Assembly (NCBI RefSeq): GCF_009914755.1
Contig: NC_060939.1
Source: the human T2T-CHM13v2.0 reference genome, Homo sapiens
Length of the DNA: 64,000 nucleotides
Direction: 5' to 3' (one strand)
Part shown: piece by piece, positions 61,603 through 64,000 of the stretch
Numbering within the stretch: position 1 is the stretch's first letter
Layout: each line of letters starts with the position of its first letter
Made by a program: the position numbers and the translations under genes
The notes under the pieces: generated by a model
What the model was told of the DNA's origin: nothing
Database searches by the model: none
Seen by the model: only the letters and a program-made list of their open reading frames with translations

Positions 61603-62075
61603 TTGGGATTTCTAACACTTTTTGTGCCATGAACCCCTTAAGCAGTCTGGTGAAGCCTCTGAATAGATCTTCTCAGAATAATATTTTTAAATGTATAAAA
61701 TAAAATACATAACAAAGGAAACAAATTATAATGAAGTAGTTATCAAAAAATTTTTAAAATATGCCTCTTTATTAACAAGCAAAATTAAATAAGATCTAAC
61801 AGCTTTTTAAATAATTACTATGATTTCAAAGTAGCAAAAAGTATGGACAATATTCTGAAATATCAGCAACTATAATGTGATATGAAAATATTTCTGATTT
61901 TGATTGATGACAAATCCACAGACACTTCTAAGACTACTGTGGATGTGTTGCCCACATTCATAGGCCAAGGAAACGTTGTGTTTCAGTTAGAGCTTAGTGA
62001 AAATAAAGTTCACAGAATCTCTGAATTCTATTCAAGGACCCTTTGGAGGCCTGTAAACCCCAGGTGAAGCTCTGA
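61603..62075 (+). mobile_element. MER119-like hAT-Charlie fossil
   Basis: tttttgtgccatgaacccc...gcagtctggtgaagcc...ttctcagaataat. Confidence 0.65.
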
Positions 62076-62403
62076 AAGCCAAAAAAGAGAAGTGTTTCTG
62101 TAAAGTATATTTCACCAGATTACCTGGCAGCAACCAGAAAAGACAATTTAAGTTTCACTATTTACAGAACTTTATCATACAGACAAAGCTTTCTAAATTT
62201 CAGAACAACTGTTTTTAAAAAGAAATACTAGTCCGGGTGCGGTGGCTCAAGCCTGTAATCCCAGCACTTTGGGAGGCCAAGGCGGGTGATCTCCTGGGGT
62301 CCAGGAGTTGGAGTCCAGCCTGACGAACATGGCAAAATCCCGTCTCTACTAAAAATATAAAAATTAGTGGGGCGTGGTGGCGCGCGCCTGTAACCCCAGC
62401 TTA

Positions 62404-62508
<105 letters not shown>

Positions 62509-62624
62509 TCAAGACAGACACACAAAAAGAGGCCAGGCGCGGTGGCTCACGCCTGTAATCCCAGCACTTTGGGAGGCCGAGGCGGACGGATCACAAGATC
62601 AGGAGATCGAGACCATCCTGGCTA

Positions 62625-62996
<372 letters not shown>

Positions 62997-63699
62997 CTAT
63001 GATTCAAAAATGTTCACGGACTCTTGGCTACAAGAGATCAGTAACACTTTCAAAGAAGCCGTCCCTGACCAAAGGGAACACACACATACTTCATCCACCC
63101 ACTGGAAACTGTATTATTCTTTGTCTACTCCACTAGATTTAAACATGAGGGTGAGGACTTATTCACCACTCTACCTCCAGCACTAAAAGAAGGCCTGACA
63201 CACAGTGGACCCTTGACAAATATTAATATATATCAGATAAATGGATTAAAATATGTCACTTTAAAGTGTTTGCAAATCGAATTCCTGGAATCGGGACATC
63301 TACTGGTTGAGGCTTAACATCGATTTAGGATTAAATTTACTCCCTTACATTTATATATCATTTTACAAAATGCTTCTGCCCACGTTACCTCATTCAATCC
63401 TTCCTTCTGTAGTAAAGAAACTGGAAGATATATTTAGTAAACAATAAGGATTTTATAATTGGCTTAGAAGTTAGATAAAAGGGGCCTTTTTAAAAATCCA
63501 TCCAAGGGTCATAAACCGATAAGCCAAAATAAAACGAATTTGTCTAGAAGTCAGTCATTATAACAGGATCTAGCCTCGTGGTCTGACTTCCACAGATTTG
63601 AGGAAGAGAAAAAAAGTTTATTTTCCAGACTCTCTTGGCTGGGGCGCCATTCTTTCACAGCTTCAGATAAACAGAAAGAAAAGGTAAACAACATGCGCC

Positions 63700-64000
63700 A
63701 CTCTTAGGAAACTACCTCCCGGTCAAGTTGGGAAAGCCAGCAAAGGACTGCTGAAACACCCAAGTACTTCCGAACCAACTCCTGCGGGACTTCTCCCCAT
63801 CTCTCCCGCCGCTGTCCTGCGGGCCCCGGGGCTTGCCTGACGCCGGGAAGTATTGTGAACCTTGTTTATGTCCCAGTGTCAGGGCCGCACAGTGATAGTA
63901 ACATCTCGGGTATCGCGCGGCTTGCGTCCGGGACGGCCAGCTGGGTGCCCCGAGTCCTGGGGGACCCTAGTAGGGACAGATCCTCAGCCGAGCCCCTCCT
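63700..64000. promoter_or_regulatory. CLPX: Edge of the CLPX CpG island (5' part of intron 1; exon 1 outside window)
   Basis: Rising GC/CpG content at the window end; exon 1 coding sequence not found in the window. Confidence 0.8.

Overview
This is human genomic DNA, recognised from the encoded proteins as the PDCD7-CLPX locus (15q22.31 from memory). Both genes are on the minus strand, head to tail. PDCD7 (U11 snRNP 59K protein of the minor spliceosome) contributes its CpG-island promoter, exon 1 (CDS 13202-12333) and exon 2 (8593-8455); the rest lies left of the window. CLPX (mitochondrial AAA+ unfoldase of ClpXP) contributes exons 2-14, all with GT-AG boundaries, plus a ~2.6 kb 3'UTR with several poly(A) signals. 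The visible coding exons total 1823 nt; with a 79-nt exon 1 just beyond the right edge they give the expected 633-aa ORF. The rest is very Alu-dense, with L1, L2, MIR and DNA-transposon fossils and a ~4.5 kb nest of LTRs upstream of PDCD7. Almost all short ORFs in the track are Alu, LTR or microsatellite artefacts. I cannot support a wholly new multi-gene system. The strongest leads are: a near-identical nonapeptide shared by PDCD7 and the CLPX pore-1 loop; a candidate 15-nt in-frame microexon and an alternative exon in CLPX intron 6; an inverted-Alu hairpin in the CLPX 3'UTR gated by alternative polyadenylation; a potential stop-free circRNA from CLPX exons 2-3; a 23-nt stem-only Y3 RNA retrocopy; a candidate poison exon in PDCD7; and a perfect 66-bp palindrome. 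Repeat family names are from memory of consensus sequences, and repeat boundaries are approximate.
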